NCBI GenBank assembly: GCA_963815115.1
Contig: CAWFFN010000007.1
Span: 480,001 to 544,000 of the forward strand
Reading direction: 5' to 3'
DNA from: an uncultured delta proteobacterium
Lineage (GTDB): Bacteria > Desulfobacterota > Binatia > DP-6
Length of the DNA: 64,000 nt
Shown here: positions 44,478-55,524 of the stretch, in pieces
How the letters are laid out: every line of letters begins with the position of its first letter
How positions within the stretch are numbered: position 1 is the stretch's first letter
Notes under the pieces: generated by a model
Told to the model about the DNA's origin: nothing
What the model saw: the letters and a program-made list of their open reading frames with translations, nothing else
Databases searched by the model: none
Position numbers and translations under genes: made by a program

Positions 44478-45493
44478 GACTCGAGGACCTCGACTACGCG
44501 CTGCCACCGGAGCTGATCGCTCAGGAGCCGGCTGCGGAGCGAACGGCCGCACGGCTCCTCGCCGTCACCCGCGACCCTCGCGGTCTCGCACACCACACGG
44601 TGGCGGCGCTGCCGCGGCTCCTGCGGCGGGGCGATCTGCTGGTGTTGAACGACGCCCGCGTCATCCCCGCGCGGGTGCACGGGCGGCGGCCGAGCGGCGG
44701 GCGGCTCGAGCTGCTCCTGCTCGGTGAGACGACCGCGGGGGAGTGGCAGGCGCTGGTGCGTGGCGCGCCGCGGGCGGGCGAGCGCGTACACCTGCCCGAA
44801 GGCTCCGGCGAGTGGACCGCCCCCCTGGGCGACGGCCGCTGGCGCCTGCGCCTGGAGGTGGCCGGCCCGGTGCTCGCGTGGCTCGAGCGGGTGGGCGAGC
44901 TGCCGCTCCCGCCGTACATCCGGCGTCCGGACGGGCCGACCGCCGCCGATCGCGAGCGCTACCAGACGACGTTCGCCCGCGTGCCCGGCGCCGTGGCGGC
45001 CCCCACCGCCGGGCTGCACTTCACCCCGGCGCTGCTCGCCGGGCTCGAGGAAGCGGGCATCGCGCACGTGACCCTCACCCTCGACGTCGGACCGGGCACC
45101 TTCCTCCCCATCCGGGGCGGCGACCTGGCCGGCTACGAAATGGCGCCCGAGCGCTTCGCGCTGCCCGCCGGCGCGGTGGATCGCATCCTCGCGACGCGCG
45201 CGGCAGGCGGCAGGGTGGTCGCCGTCGGGACGACGACCGTGCGCGCGCTCGAGTCGGCGGCCGCGGCCGGATCGCTGCGCGCCGGCCGAGGCGACGCGGC
45301 GCTGTTCATCCGGCCCGGGCACGGGTTCCGGATCGTCGACGCGCTCCTCACCAACTTCCACCTGCCGCGCACCCCGCTGCTCGCGCTGGTCGCCGCGCTG
45401 GCGGGTCCGGACCTGTGGCGCGTCGCCTACGACGAGGCGGTGCGCGAGCGGTACCGCTTCTACAGCTACGGCGACGCGATGCTGATCACGTGA
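44474..45493 (+). CDS. queA: S-adenosylmethionine:tRNA ribosyltransferase-isomerase
   Basis: [31 protein letters not shown] and [10 protein letters not shown]. Confidence 0.96.
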   Translation: MRLEDLDYALPPELIAQEPAAERTAARLLAVTRDPRGLAHHTVAALPRLLRRGDLLVLNDARVIPARVHGRRPSGGRLELLLLGETTAGEWQALVRGAPRAGERVHLPEGSGEWTAPLGDGRWRLRLEVAGPVLAWLERVGELPLPPYIRRPDGPTAADRERYQTTFARVPGAVAAPTAGLHFTPALLAGLEEAGIAHVTLTLDVGPGTFLPIRGGDLAGYEMAPERFALPAGAVDRILATRAAGGRVVAVGTTTVRALESAAAAGSLRAGRGDAALFIRPGHGFRIVDALLTNFHLPRTPLLALVAALAGPDLWRVAYDEAVRERYRFYSYGDAMLIT

Positions 45494-46596
45494 CCCCGCC
45501 CTCGTTCGAGGTGCTGCAGGCGGGGACGGACGGGGCGCGCCTCGGCCGCCTCGCGCTGGCCCACGGGGCGGTGGACACGCCGGCGTTCATGCCGGTCGCC
45601 ACGCAGGGCTCGGTGAAAGGTGTGACTCCGGCGCAGCTGGAGGACGTCGGCGCGACCATCGTGCTGGCGAACGCGTATCACCTGGCGCAGCGCCCGGGGC
45701 TCGAGGTGGTCACCGCGCTCGGCGGCCTGCACGCGCTCATGGGATGGTCACGGCCGCTACTGACCGACAGCGGCGGCTTCCAGGTGATGAGCCTCGCCGG
45801 CCTGGTGCGCGTCGAGGACGAGGGCGTGCGATACCGCTCGCACGTCGACGGCCGGCAAGGGTTCATGCGACCGGAGGACGCGGTGGCGATCCAGGAAGCG
45901 CTCGGAGTCGACGTCGCGATGTCGCTCGACGAGTGCGTGCCCGCGGACGCCACGCCGGCACGGGTGGCGCGGGCGGTGGCGCGCACGACCGACTGGGCGG
46001 CCCGCGGCCTCGCCGCGCGCCGGCGGGCCGACGTCGCGCTGTTCGGCATCGTGCAGGGCGGTCTCGACGTCGCGCTGCGCACCGAGAGCGCGGCCGACCT
46101 CCTGGCGCTCGGCTTCGACGGCTACGCGGTGGGCGGCCTGTGCGTCGGCGAGCCCGCCGAGGAGACCGCGCGGGTCGCGGCGGAGACCGTGCGCCTCCTT
46201 CCCGAGCGCAGGCCGCGCTACCTCATGGGCATGGGGACGCCCCGCGATTTGCTTACCTTTGCGGGCCTGGGATATGACCTGTTCGATTGTGTCCTGCCCA
46301 CCCGAAACGGGCGGAACGGGACACTCTTCACCCGTGAAGGCAAGCTGATGATCCGCAATGCACGCCATGCCCGCGATTCGCAGCCGCCCGATGCCTCGTG
46401 CGGCTGCTACACCTGCCGGCACTTCAGCCGCGGTGCGCTGCGGCACCTCGCGCTCGCGGGAGAGATGCTCGCCGCCCAGCTCGCAACCCTGCACAACCTG
46501 TTTTTCTACCTCGAGCTCATGAGCGAGATACGGGCCGATCTGCGCGCGGGGACCTTCCCGGTGCGGGCGCGCGCGGCGGCTGGGGCCTGGGCCTGA
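45490..46596 (+). CDS. tgt: tRNA-guanine transglycosylase
   Basis: TPAFMPV, TDSGGFQV, GIVQGG, FDCVLPTRNGR and the CGCYTC Zn site. Confidence 0.96.
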   Translation: MTPPSFEVLQAGTDGARLGRLALAHGAVDTPAFMPVATQGSVKGVTPAQLEDVGATIVLANAYHLAQRPGLEVVTALGGLHALMGWSRPLLTDSGGFQVMSLAGLVRVEDEGVRYRSHVDGRQGFMRPEDAVAIQEALGVDVAMSLDECVPADATPARVARAVARTTDWAARGLAARRRADVALFGIVQGGLDVALRTESAADLLALGFDGYAVGGLCVGEPAEETARVAAETVRLLPERRPRYLMGMGTPRDLLTFAGLGYDLFDCVLPTRNGRNGTLFTREGKLMIRNARHARDSQPPDASCGCYTCRHFSRGALRHLALAGEMLAAQLATLHNLFFYLELMSEIRADLRAGTFPVRARAAAGAWA

Positions 46597-46597
46597 C

Positions 46598-46936
46598 GTG
46601 AGCGACGCGTGGGCACAGACCGGCGAGGCGTCGGGGCCGCCGCCGTTCGCCAACATCGGGTTCATCGTCCTGATGATGGCGATCTTCTGGTTCGTGCTCC
46701 TGCGCCCCGAGCAGCGCCGCCGCAAGGAGCGTGACGCGCTCGTCGCTTCCCTCAAGCGCAACGACCAGGTCGTCCTGAGCAGCGGGTTACACGGGCGCGT
46801 CGTCACCCTCGGTGACAAGCTCGTGACCCTCGAGATCGCGCCGAAGGTGCAGGTGCAGGTGGAGCGCTCGGCCATCGAGACCATCGAGAACCTGCCCGGC
46901 CCCGAGCAGCGCGAGAAGGAGCGGGAGAAATCGTAG
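46598..46936 (+). CDS. yajC: Preprotein translocase subunit YajC
   Basis: TM followed by LRPEQRR and SSGLHG; canonical tgt-yajC-secD position. Confidence 0.93.
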   Translation: MSDAWAQTGEASGPPPFANIGFIVLMMAIFWFVLLRPEQRRRKERDALVASLKRNDQVVLSSGLHGRVVTLGDKLVTLEIAPKVQVQVERSAIETIENLPGPEQREKEREKS

Positions 46937-48500
46937 ATGGCCTCCATCCGCTACCGCGGGCTGCTGTTCGCGGCGCTCATCGTCGTCGCCCTGATCGTCC
47001 TGCTGCCCACCTTCGTCAGCCCGCTGCCGGCGTGGTGGCCATGGCACCAGCCGGTACGCCTCGGGCTCGACCTCCAGGGCGGGACCCATCTCCTCTACCA
47101 GGTCCAGATCGACCAGGCGATCGACAACCAGGTCGACCGGGTCAGCCAGGACGTGCAGAGCGAGCTCCGCAACGCCCAGATCGGCGCCTTCACCGTCGAG
47201 CGCCAGGGGCGCACCATCCAGGTCCGGCTGGCCAACCACGACAAGCGCGGCGACGCGCGGCGCGTCCTCGAGGATCGCTTCCGGAATCTCACCCTGTCCG
47301 AGCCGACCGGCAGCGACGCGCCCGACTTCTCGCTCGAGATGAACGGACGGGAGGAGGTCGCCCTGCGCGACCGGGCGGTGGAGCAGGCGCTCCAGATCAT
47401 GCGCAACCGCATCGATCAGTTCGGCGTCTCCGAACCGACGCTCCAGCTGCAGGGGTCGGACGAGATCGTGGTCCAGCTTCCGGGCATCCAGGACCCGCAG
47501 CGAGCGAAGGACCTGATCGGCCGCACCGCGCTGCTGGAGTTCAAGTTCGTGGCCGAAGGGCCGCAGGCCGGCACGATCCAGAACCCGGGACCCGGGGTCC
47601 AGGTGCTGCCCGGGCTCGGCGGGGCGGGCGGCCGCACGCAGTACCTCGTCGACAGGCGCCCCATCATGACCGGCGACGTGATCGCCGATGCCAGCGTGCG
47701 TCCCGGCAGCGTCACCGAGGGCATGGCAGTCGACTTCGTCCTCGACGCGCGGGGCGCCAAGCTGTTCGGCGATGCGACGACGCAGAACGTGCACCGCCAC
47801 CTCGGCGATCGTCCTCGACGGCGTCGTCCAGTCGGCTCCCGAGATCCGCGAGCCCATCACCGGCGGACGCGGCCAGATCACCGGACGCTTCAACTTCACG
47901 GAGGCGCAGGATCTCGCGAACGTGCTGCGCAACGGCGCGCTGCCGGCGCCGCTCAAGCTGCTCGAGGAGCGCACGGTCGGGCCCTCGCTGGGCAAGGACT
48001 CCATCCGCCAGGGCACGATCTCGTTCGCCGTCGGCAGCGTGGCGGTCGTCCTCTTCATGCTGGTCTACTACCGCGGCGGCGGCATCATCGCCGACGTGGC
48101 GCTGGTCGTGAACCTCCTCCTGATCCTCGGCGCCTTCGCGGCCTTCGGGTTCACCCTCACGCTGCCGGGCATCGCCGGGATCGTGCTCACGGTCGGCATG
48201 GCCGTGGACGCGAACATCCTCATCCTGGAGCGCATGCGCGAGGAGCTGCGGCTCGGGAAGAGCGTTCGCGCCGCCATCGACACCGGATACGAGAAGGCGT
48301 GGAACGCCATCTTCGACTCCAACATCACGACCTTCCTGTCGGGTCTGATTCTCTTTCAGTTCGGCACCGGCCCGGTGCGTGGCTTCGCGGTCACCCTGTG
48401 CGTCGGTATCCTGACCACCATGACGACCGCGGTCTTCCTCACCCGGGTGGTATACGACTGGCTCGCCATCGGGCGACGCGTGGCGACGGTGAGCATATGA
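46937..48500 (+). CDS. secD: Protein translocase subunit SecD, interrupted by a +1 frameshift near 47804
   Basis: LGLDLQGG and RNRIDQFGVSEP in the first frame; AIVLDG, GALPAP, VGPSLG and GMAVDAN in the second; CAC CTC [G] GCG ATC GTC. Confidence 0.92.
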
Positions 48501-49486
48501 AACAGAACTCCGGAACGGTGGCGACGGGAGCGAAGGCTGGCCGCGAGGAGCGCGCCCCGGCGGCACCGCCTCACTTCATCGAGCTGATCTCGCCGAATCC
48601 CGGCATCGACTTCCTGCGCTGGGCACCCATCGCGATCGCCGCGACCTGGCTGTTCATCCTCGCCGGCCTCGCAGGCGTCTGGTACCACGGGGGCCTCAAC
48701 TACGGCATCGACTTCGCCGGCGGCACGCTGGTGCAGGTGCGCTTCGCCAAGCCCGCGTCGGTGGCCGACGTCCGCGCCGCGCTGTCGCGACCCGATCTGA
48801 AGGAGGTCGTGGTCCAGGACGTCGGCGGTGGCGGCAAGGAGTTCCAGATCCGCGTGCTCGGGAGCGGTGAGGAAGCGGAGATGGCGGACGCGGACTCGGT
48901 GAAGGGCGGCCTGCGCGACACCTTCGGCGAGGGCACCTACGACGTCCTCCGCGTCGAGCGCGTCGGCCCCAAGGTCGGCAAGGACCTCTGGCGGCAGGCG
49001 ACCCTCGCCGTGCTCGTCGCCACCACCATGATGGGAATCTACATCGCGTTCCGGTTCGACGTGCGCTTCGGCGTCGGCGCGGCGGTGGCCCTGATCCACG
49101 ACGTGCTGTTCACCGTGGCGGCGCTCTCGCTCGCGCACATGGAGTTCGACCTCACCACGGTGGCGGGCCTGCTCACGGTCGTCGGCTTTTCCGTGCACGA
49201 CACCGTCATCATCTCGGATCGCATCCGCGAGAACCTCCGCAAGCTCCGCAAGGAGAACCTCGCCTCGCTCATCAACCTGTCGGTGAACGAGACGCTGTCG
49301 CGCACCATCATCACCAACGGAACCGCGATCACGGTCACCGGTGCGCTCTTCCTGCTGGGCGGAAGCACGATCCACAGCTTCGCCTTCACCCTGCTCATCG
49401 GCTTCATCGTGGGGACGTATTCGTCGATCTACATCGCCAGCCCGGTGGTGCTCCTGATGGAGCGGTGGCGCACCGGCACCCGGTGA
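48497..49486 (+). CDS. secF: Protein translocase subunit SecF
   Basis: GIDFAGG, VGPKVG, HDV, DTVIISDRIRE and GTYSSIYIA; ATGA-coupled to the secD stop. Confidence 0.95.
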   Translation: MKQNSGTVATGAKAGREERAPAAPPHFIELISPNPGIDFLRWAPIAIAATWLFILAGLAGVWYHGGLNYGIDFAGGTLVQVRFAKPASVADVRAALSRPDLKEVVVQDVGGGGKEFQIRVLGSGEEAEMADADSVKGGLRDTFGEGTYDVLRVERVGPKVGKDLWRQATLAVLVATTMMGIYIAFRFDVRFGVGAAVALIHDVLFTVAALSLAHMEFDLTTVAGLLTVVGFSVHDTVIISDRIRENLRKLRKENLASLINLSVNETLSRTIITNGTAITVTGALFLLGGSTIHSFAFTLLIGFIVGTYSSIYIASPVVLLMERWRTGTR

Positions 49487-49534
49487 TGAGTTGCGCTTTC
49501 AACCCGTGAACAACGCAGCGGAAAACGATCTTCC

Positions 49535-49563
49535 TTGACGGTCTTCCATGTCCCTGCTACGAC
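49535..49563 (+). promoter_or_regulatory. Putative sigma70-type promoter
   Basis: TTGACG-N17-TACGAC with TG extension, upstream of the HTH gene. Confidence 0.45.
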
Positions 49564-49595
49564 CGAATCCAGCGGAGAGTCGTGCCGTCGAGGCC

Positions 49596-49787
49596 ATGCT
49601 GGACAAGGAAGACATGCTGTTGAACAGCAAGGAGGTCGCGGAGATCCTCGACCTCAGCCCCGACACCGTGAACGAGCTGGCGCGCAAGAGCGTGCTGCCG
49701 GCCTTCAAGCGTGGCCGGCAATGGCGGTTCCGCCGGCGAGACATCTCATCCTTCAAGCGGGAGCTCCGAGGCACCACCGCGGCATGA
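49596..49787 (+). CDS. Excisionase-type (HTH_17) DNA-binding protein
   Basis: LLNSKEVAEILDLSPDTVNELARKSVLPAFKRGRQWRF. Confidence 0.88.
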   Translation: MLDKEDMLLNSKEVAEILDLSPDTVNELARKSVLPAFKRGRQWRFRRRDISSFKRELRGTTAA

Positions 49788-49882
49788 CGGCGAAGGCCGC
49801 GGCGCGGGGGCGGGCTCGGCAGTAGCGAGCCGTGGTGGAGGAGGGGATGCGCTCGTCGAGCACGCGAAAGGGGTAGGGTAGG

Positions 49883-50554
49883 ATGGCCGTTGCGAACACC
49901 CAGCCGCACGAGAGTGCCCTCTACTACGAGTTCTCGCACCTCTACGATCTGTTCTTCGGTCGCGTGTTCTATCCCCGGATCGTCCGGGTGATCCGCTCGC
50001 TCGGCATCGAGCCGGGCGCGCGTGTCCTCGAGCTCGGCGTCGGTACCGGCCTGTCGCTCGATGCCTATCCCCACCACTGCCAGGTGACCGGCATCGATCT
50101 GGCCCCCGAGATGCTCGAGCGCGCGCAGGACCGGGTGAACCGCAACGGCTGGCGTCACATCACGCTGCAGCAGGGCGATGCCCTCAACCTGGCGTTCGCC
50201 GACGACACCTTCGACTACGTCATGGCGTTTCACGTCGTGAGCGTGGTCCCGGATCCGCAGCGGATGATGGCCGAGGCGCAGCGCGTCTGTCGGCCCGGAG
50301 GGTTGCTCACCATCATCAACCACTTCCGTAGCCCGCAGCCGGCCGTGGCGCGCATGCAGCGCGGCATCGACCCGCTCACCCGGCGCCTCGGCTGGACGAC
50401 GCTCCGCCTGCCGGAGATTCTCGATCGTTCCACGCTGCACATCGAGCGGCAGTGGAAGACGTCGCGCCGCTCGCTCTTCACGATCGTGGTGGCGCGCAAC
50501 GCCAAGGCGTTGCCGGCCGTCATGAGCGCCGGCCGCGTGCGCGCCGCTCAGTGA
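49883..50554 (+). CDS. Class I SAM methyltransferase, PmtA-like phospholipid N-methyltransferase
   Basis: YDLFFG, VLELGVGTGLSL, SVVPDP and RPGG..IINHF. Confidence 0.82.
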   Translation: MAVANTQPHESALYYEFSHLYDLFFGRVFYPRIVRVIRSLGIEPGARVLELGVGTGLSLDAYPHHCQVTGIDLAPEMLERAQDRVNRNGWRHITLQQGDALNLAFADDTFDYVMAFHVVSVVPDPQRMMAEAQRVCRPGGLLTIINHFRSPQPAVARMQRGIDPLTRRLGWTTLRLPEILDRSTLHIERQWKTSRRSLFTIVVARNAKALPAVMSAGRVRAAQ

Positions 50555-51117
50555 CGGAAACGCTGGACCGGCGCGATGGGAATCACGCCGCGTCGCATCA
50601 GCAGATCGGCCTCGCGCTCGCCGCGCGTGTGCAGCCAGCGCTTGTAGAGCCGCAGCGTGTCCTGCTGGCGCCGGAATAGCTCACCGTCGCTGATCTCGGC
50701 CAGGACGCGGACGAATTGGGGGAAGCGGCCGGCGAGCTCTTCGAACGACTCGCCGAGCGCGCCGCGTCCGGACTCGGCCGACAGCCAGGCGTAGGCGGTG
50801 CGGCCGAGGGCGGCGTAGTACTCGGCCCCGACGAGGCGGCGCTCGAGGCTGTCGAAGAAGATGCCGGAGACGAAGAGCGCGGTGTCGGCGACCCGGCGCA
50901 GCTTGCCGACCCGCTGGCGACCGGGCAGGTGGAACGCCTCGAGGTAGTCGACGGCGAGGGGGGGATCGAGGAGATCGCCACGCCCCGGCCTGGCGAACCC
51001 CTCCAGCAGCTTCACGAGATAGAACTCCGTCGCCTCGGACGACGCGACCCGCTGCGAGGACATCGCCCCGCGCACCAGCTCGTGGAAGAGGGCAGTGAGG
51101 TTGCCGGTCTTGAGCAT
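50548..51117 (-). CDS. Conserved hypothetical protein
   Basis: EFYLVKLL...LRRVADTALFVSG..DSLERRLV..EYY..LGRTAY pattern; SD-like GGGAG upstream. Confidence 0.8.
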   Translation of the reverse strand: MLKTGNLTALFHELVRGAMSSQRVASSEATEFYLVKLLEGFARPGRGDLLDPPLAVDYLEAFHLPGRQRVGKLRRVADTALFVSGIFFDSLERRLVGAEYYAALGRTAYAWLSAESGRGALGESFEELAGRFPQFVRVLAEISDGELFRRQQDTLRLYKRWLHTRGEREADLLMRRGVIPIAPVQRFRH

Positions 51118-51232
51118 CGCAGAGACTCCCGCGGGCGCCACCCGGATTGTGCTGGCTCGGCCGGGATTTGGCAAACCGGAATCGATTTGAAGCGACCCCG
51201 ATCACTTTGCTAAGTGAGCGGGCTTCCGCCCC

Positions 51233-53033
<1,801 letters not shown>

Positions 53034-53041
<8 letters not shown>

Positions 53042-53057
53042 GTCGTCGAGTGAGTCG
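53034..53057 (+). repeat. 12-bp tandem duplication at the aspS stop
   Basis: TCGAGTGAGTCG x2. Confidence 0.8.
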
Positions 53058-53060
53058 TGC

Positions 53061-53903
53061 TCAGGCGGGCGGCTTGCCGCCGCCGAGCAGCCGCCGCACG
53101 GCGAGGCCCGCGCGCACCGCGGGATGGTTGTAGATGCGCTCGAGCGTGGCGCCGGCCTGCATGAGCTCCTCGTAGAGACCCGCGACGGCGTCTTCCAGGT
53201 GACGCTCGTAGAGCGTGCGATGCTTGGCCACCATGTCGCGCATGCGCTTGCGCGGCACGCCCGGCCGGCGGGCGGCTCGCTCGCGGCTCTGCGGGCCGCG
53301 GCGGTACCAGGCGAGGACCTCCGGCACGCACGCGCCGCGCCAGCCGTGCTCGAGCGCCGAGAGCCAGAGATCCCAGTCCTCCGAGCTGTCGACGAAGATG
53401 GGATCGTAGCCTCCCGCCTGCTCCCAGATTGTCCGGCGGTAGAGCGACGTGACGTGAACGGTGCAGTTCGACAGCAGCTCGGGCACCGTGAAGGGACCCG
53501 TGCGCCAGACGCCGTGGTGCTCGCCGGCGAGGCCGACCCAGGTGTGGACCATCCCGAGCCCGGGATCGGCGTCGAGGAGCGGCACCGTCCTCGCGAGGTA
53601 CGAGTGCTCGAGCCAGTCGTCGGCGTCCAGGGGCAGGATGTAGGCCCCGCGCGCGTGCTCGATGGCGAGATTGCGCGCCCGCGACGGCCCGCGGTTCGGC
53701 GTGCGGTGCAGGAACACGCCCGGCCGGACCGCGGCCGCATCCAGCAGCGTGAGCGTGGTGGGGTCGCGCGAGCCGTCGTCCACGATGACCAGCTCCCGAT
53801 CGGTGAAGGTCTGCGCGGCGACGCTGTCGAGCGCCTGCTCGAGGGGCCGGCCCGCGTCGAAGACCGGCATGACGACGGAGACCCGCGGAGTGCGATCGCT
53901 CAT
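53061..53903 (-). CDS. Glycosyltransferase family 2
   Basis: VSVVMP, VDDGS, PLDADD and EDWDLW. Confidence 0.92.
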   Translation of the reverse strand: MSDRTPRVSVVMPVFDAGRPLEQALDSVAAQTFTDRELVIVDDGSRDPTTLTLLDAAAVRPGVFLHRTPNRGPSRARNLAIEHARGAYILPLDADDWLEHSYLARTVPLLDADPGLGMVHTWVGLAGEHHGVWRTGPFTVPELLSNCTVHVTSLYRRTIWEQAGGYDPIFVDSSEDWDLWLSALEHGWRGACVPEVLAWYRRGPQSRERAARRPGVPRKRMRDMVAKHRTLYERHLEDAVAGLYEELMQAGATLERIYNHPAVRAGLAVRRLLGGGKPPA

Positions 53904-54158
53904 CGGGGTGGCCAGGGCGCGGGGCGTGCGAGCGAGACGGCCATGCCGGCGGCTACGCGTGGGTTCGGCAGGAGCGCTCCGCTCTACACGCGGCGCAGAT
54001 CTCTCGGCACCAGCGGTGGGTAGCAAAAGGCGCGAGTCCGGGCAAACCACAGCGGGGCGGGACCGGTGCTGCACGGCCCCCTCCGCCCGCGTTGCCCGGG
54101 GCCCGGAATTCGACTAGCAAGAGTCGGCGTTGGCGGGGATCCTCGACAGCGGGGGAGC

Positions 54159-55250
54159 GTGACGGTGCAGGTCCCCCGGCACGCGAGCGACGAGGTGGCC
54201 CTGCCGGTGTCGGAGCCGCTCGTCTCGATCGTCATCACTTGTTACAACTACGCCGAGTTCATCAGCGACTGCCTGCGCTCGGTCCACACGCAGACCTACC
54301 AGCGCTTCGAGTGCATCATCGTCGACGACTGCTCGACCGATGACACCCCGGCCGTCGTGGCCGCCACGCTCGCCGAGCTGGAGGATGCACGTCTGCGCTA
54401 CCGGCGCCTCCCGCGGAACGTCGGGCAGCTCGGCGCACAGATCGAGGGGTTTCGCGAGAGCGCCGGCGAGTTCGTCGTCTTCCTCGACGCCGACGATCTG
54501 CTGTTCCCGCGATTCATCGAGCGGCATCTCTTCGTCCACCACAACATCGAGACCGCGGTCGCGTTCACCAGCTCCAATCAGTGGACCATCTCCCGGGACG
54601 GCCAGGTGCTGTCGAAGCACCATACCGACCTCGTGAGCCGCGTGTACCTCCCGCAGGGTATCGACCTCCAGGTGAAGGACGAGGCGGGACGCCAGCCGCT
54701 GGTCCGGGGCATCCTCTTCCCGTTCTGGCACGACAAGTACGACCCGCCGACGTGGGTCTGGGGCACGCAGAGCACGCTGATGTTCCGGCGCCCCCTGTTG
54801 ACGATGATCCTGCCCGACGCGCCGTCCCGGGCGCAGGACTTCCGCGCTTGCTCGGACTTCTACATCGTCCGTCTCGGCCAGCTGATCGGGGGCTCCTTCG
54901 TGTTCCGCGAGGCGCTCGGCTGCCATCGCCGGCATGGCGCGAACACCTTCTGCCGGAACGGCCTCATCGCCGCCCGCATGCAGACGGGCGACATGCGCGT
55001 TCATCCTTCCCTGGCAGCCTTCCGGACCCTGGCCCTGCGCCTCATGGAGGAGCGCAGGGAGGACTGGGTGTCCGTCCTGGGGCAGGCCCGCTACGACGAC
55101 CTCCGCAACCACGTGCGCTCGCTCCCGGACGACGTCCTGGGCCGGAAACCACCGCGGCACCGGCGAGTCATGCGCAGCATCCTGGTCCGGCTCCTCGGCG
55201 AGCCAGCCTATCTGCGCCTCCGGCTCTCGGTCGGGAAGCTCGTCGGGTGA
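54159..55250 (+). CDS. Glycosyltransferase family 2 (paralog A)
   Basis: VSIVITCYNY, VDDCSTD, FLDADD and RRHGAN; GGGAG SD before GTG. Confidence 0.9.
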   Translation: MTVQVPRHASDEVALPVSEPLVSIVITCYNYAEFISDCLRSVHTQTYQRFECIIVDDCSTDDTPAVVAATLAELEDARLRYRRLPRNVGQLGAQIEGFRESAGEFVVFLDADDLLFPRFIERHLFVHHNIETAVAFTSSNQWTISRDGQVLSKHHTDLVSRVYLPQGIDLQVKDEAGRQPLVRGILFPFWHDKYDPPTWVWGTQSTLMFRRPLLTMILPDAPSRAQDFRACSDFYIVRLGQLIGGSFVFREALGCHRRHGANTFCRNGLIAARMQTGDMRVHPSLAAFRTLALRLMEERREDWVSVLGQARYDDLRNHVRSLPDDVLGRKPPRHRRVMRSILVRLLGEPAYLRLRLSVGKLVG

Positions 55251-55524
55251 TCCGGGGAAGCGTCCAGGACGCGCAGGGGCGGCTTGAGTGTCGCGAATAC
55301 TTCCGCTAGATCGCGCCCGGGCTCAATTGCCGGAGCATCGTTCACGAAGGGCGGGGCACCTCGCGTATCTGGTCGCCGGTTCGTGCGGACCACGTGCCGT
55401 GCTGGCGTGTGCGCATGGGACGCATCCGCCGCGCGTCGACGTCGGTCGCGGTTGCGCAGTGCGACAAACGATATAAGATCGAACGTGGGGGCGTCGCTCT
55501 GGATGCCACTCGCGGGGAGGCGAC

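Noticed and set aside
46937-49486. 849-aa SecDF fusion in the ORF track
   Set aside because: The middle ~230 aa is Arg-rich off-frame sequence. A +1 insertion plus the ATGA overlap automatically puts the secD 5' frame into the secF frame.
49596-49787. Prophage or ICE inferred from the excisionase-like gene
   Set aside because: No integrase, phage genes or att repeats; flanks are housekeeping genes.
55251-55524. RiPP precursor or riboswitch upstream of the radical SAM gene
   Set aside because: Short ORFs here lack an SD and precursor-like composition, and I recognised no riboswitch consensus; a promoter-like TTGCGC-N16-TAAGAT explains part of the region. An Rfam scan would settle it.
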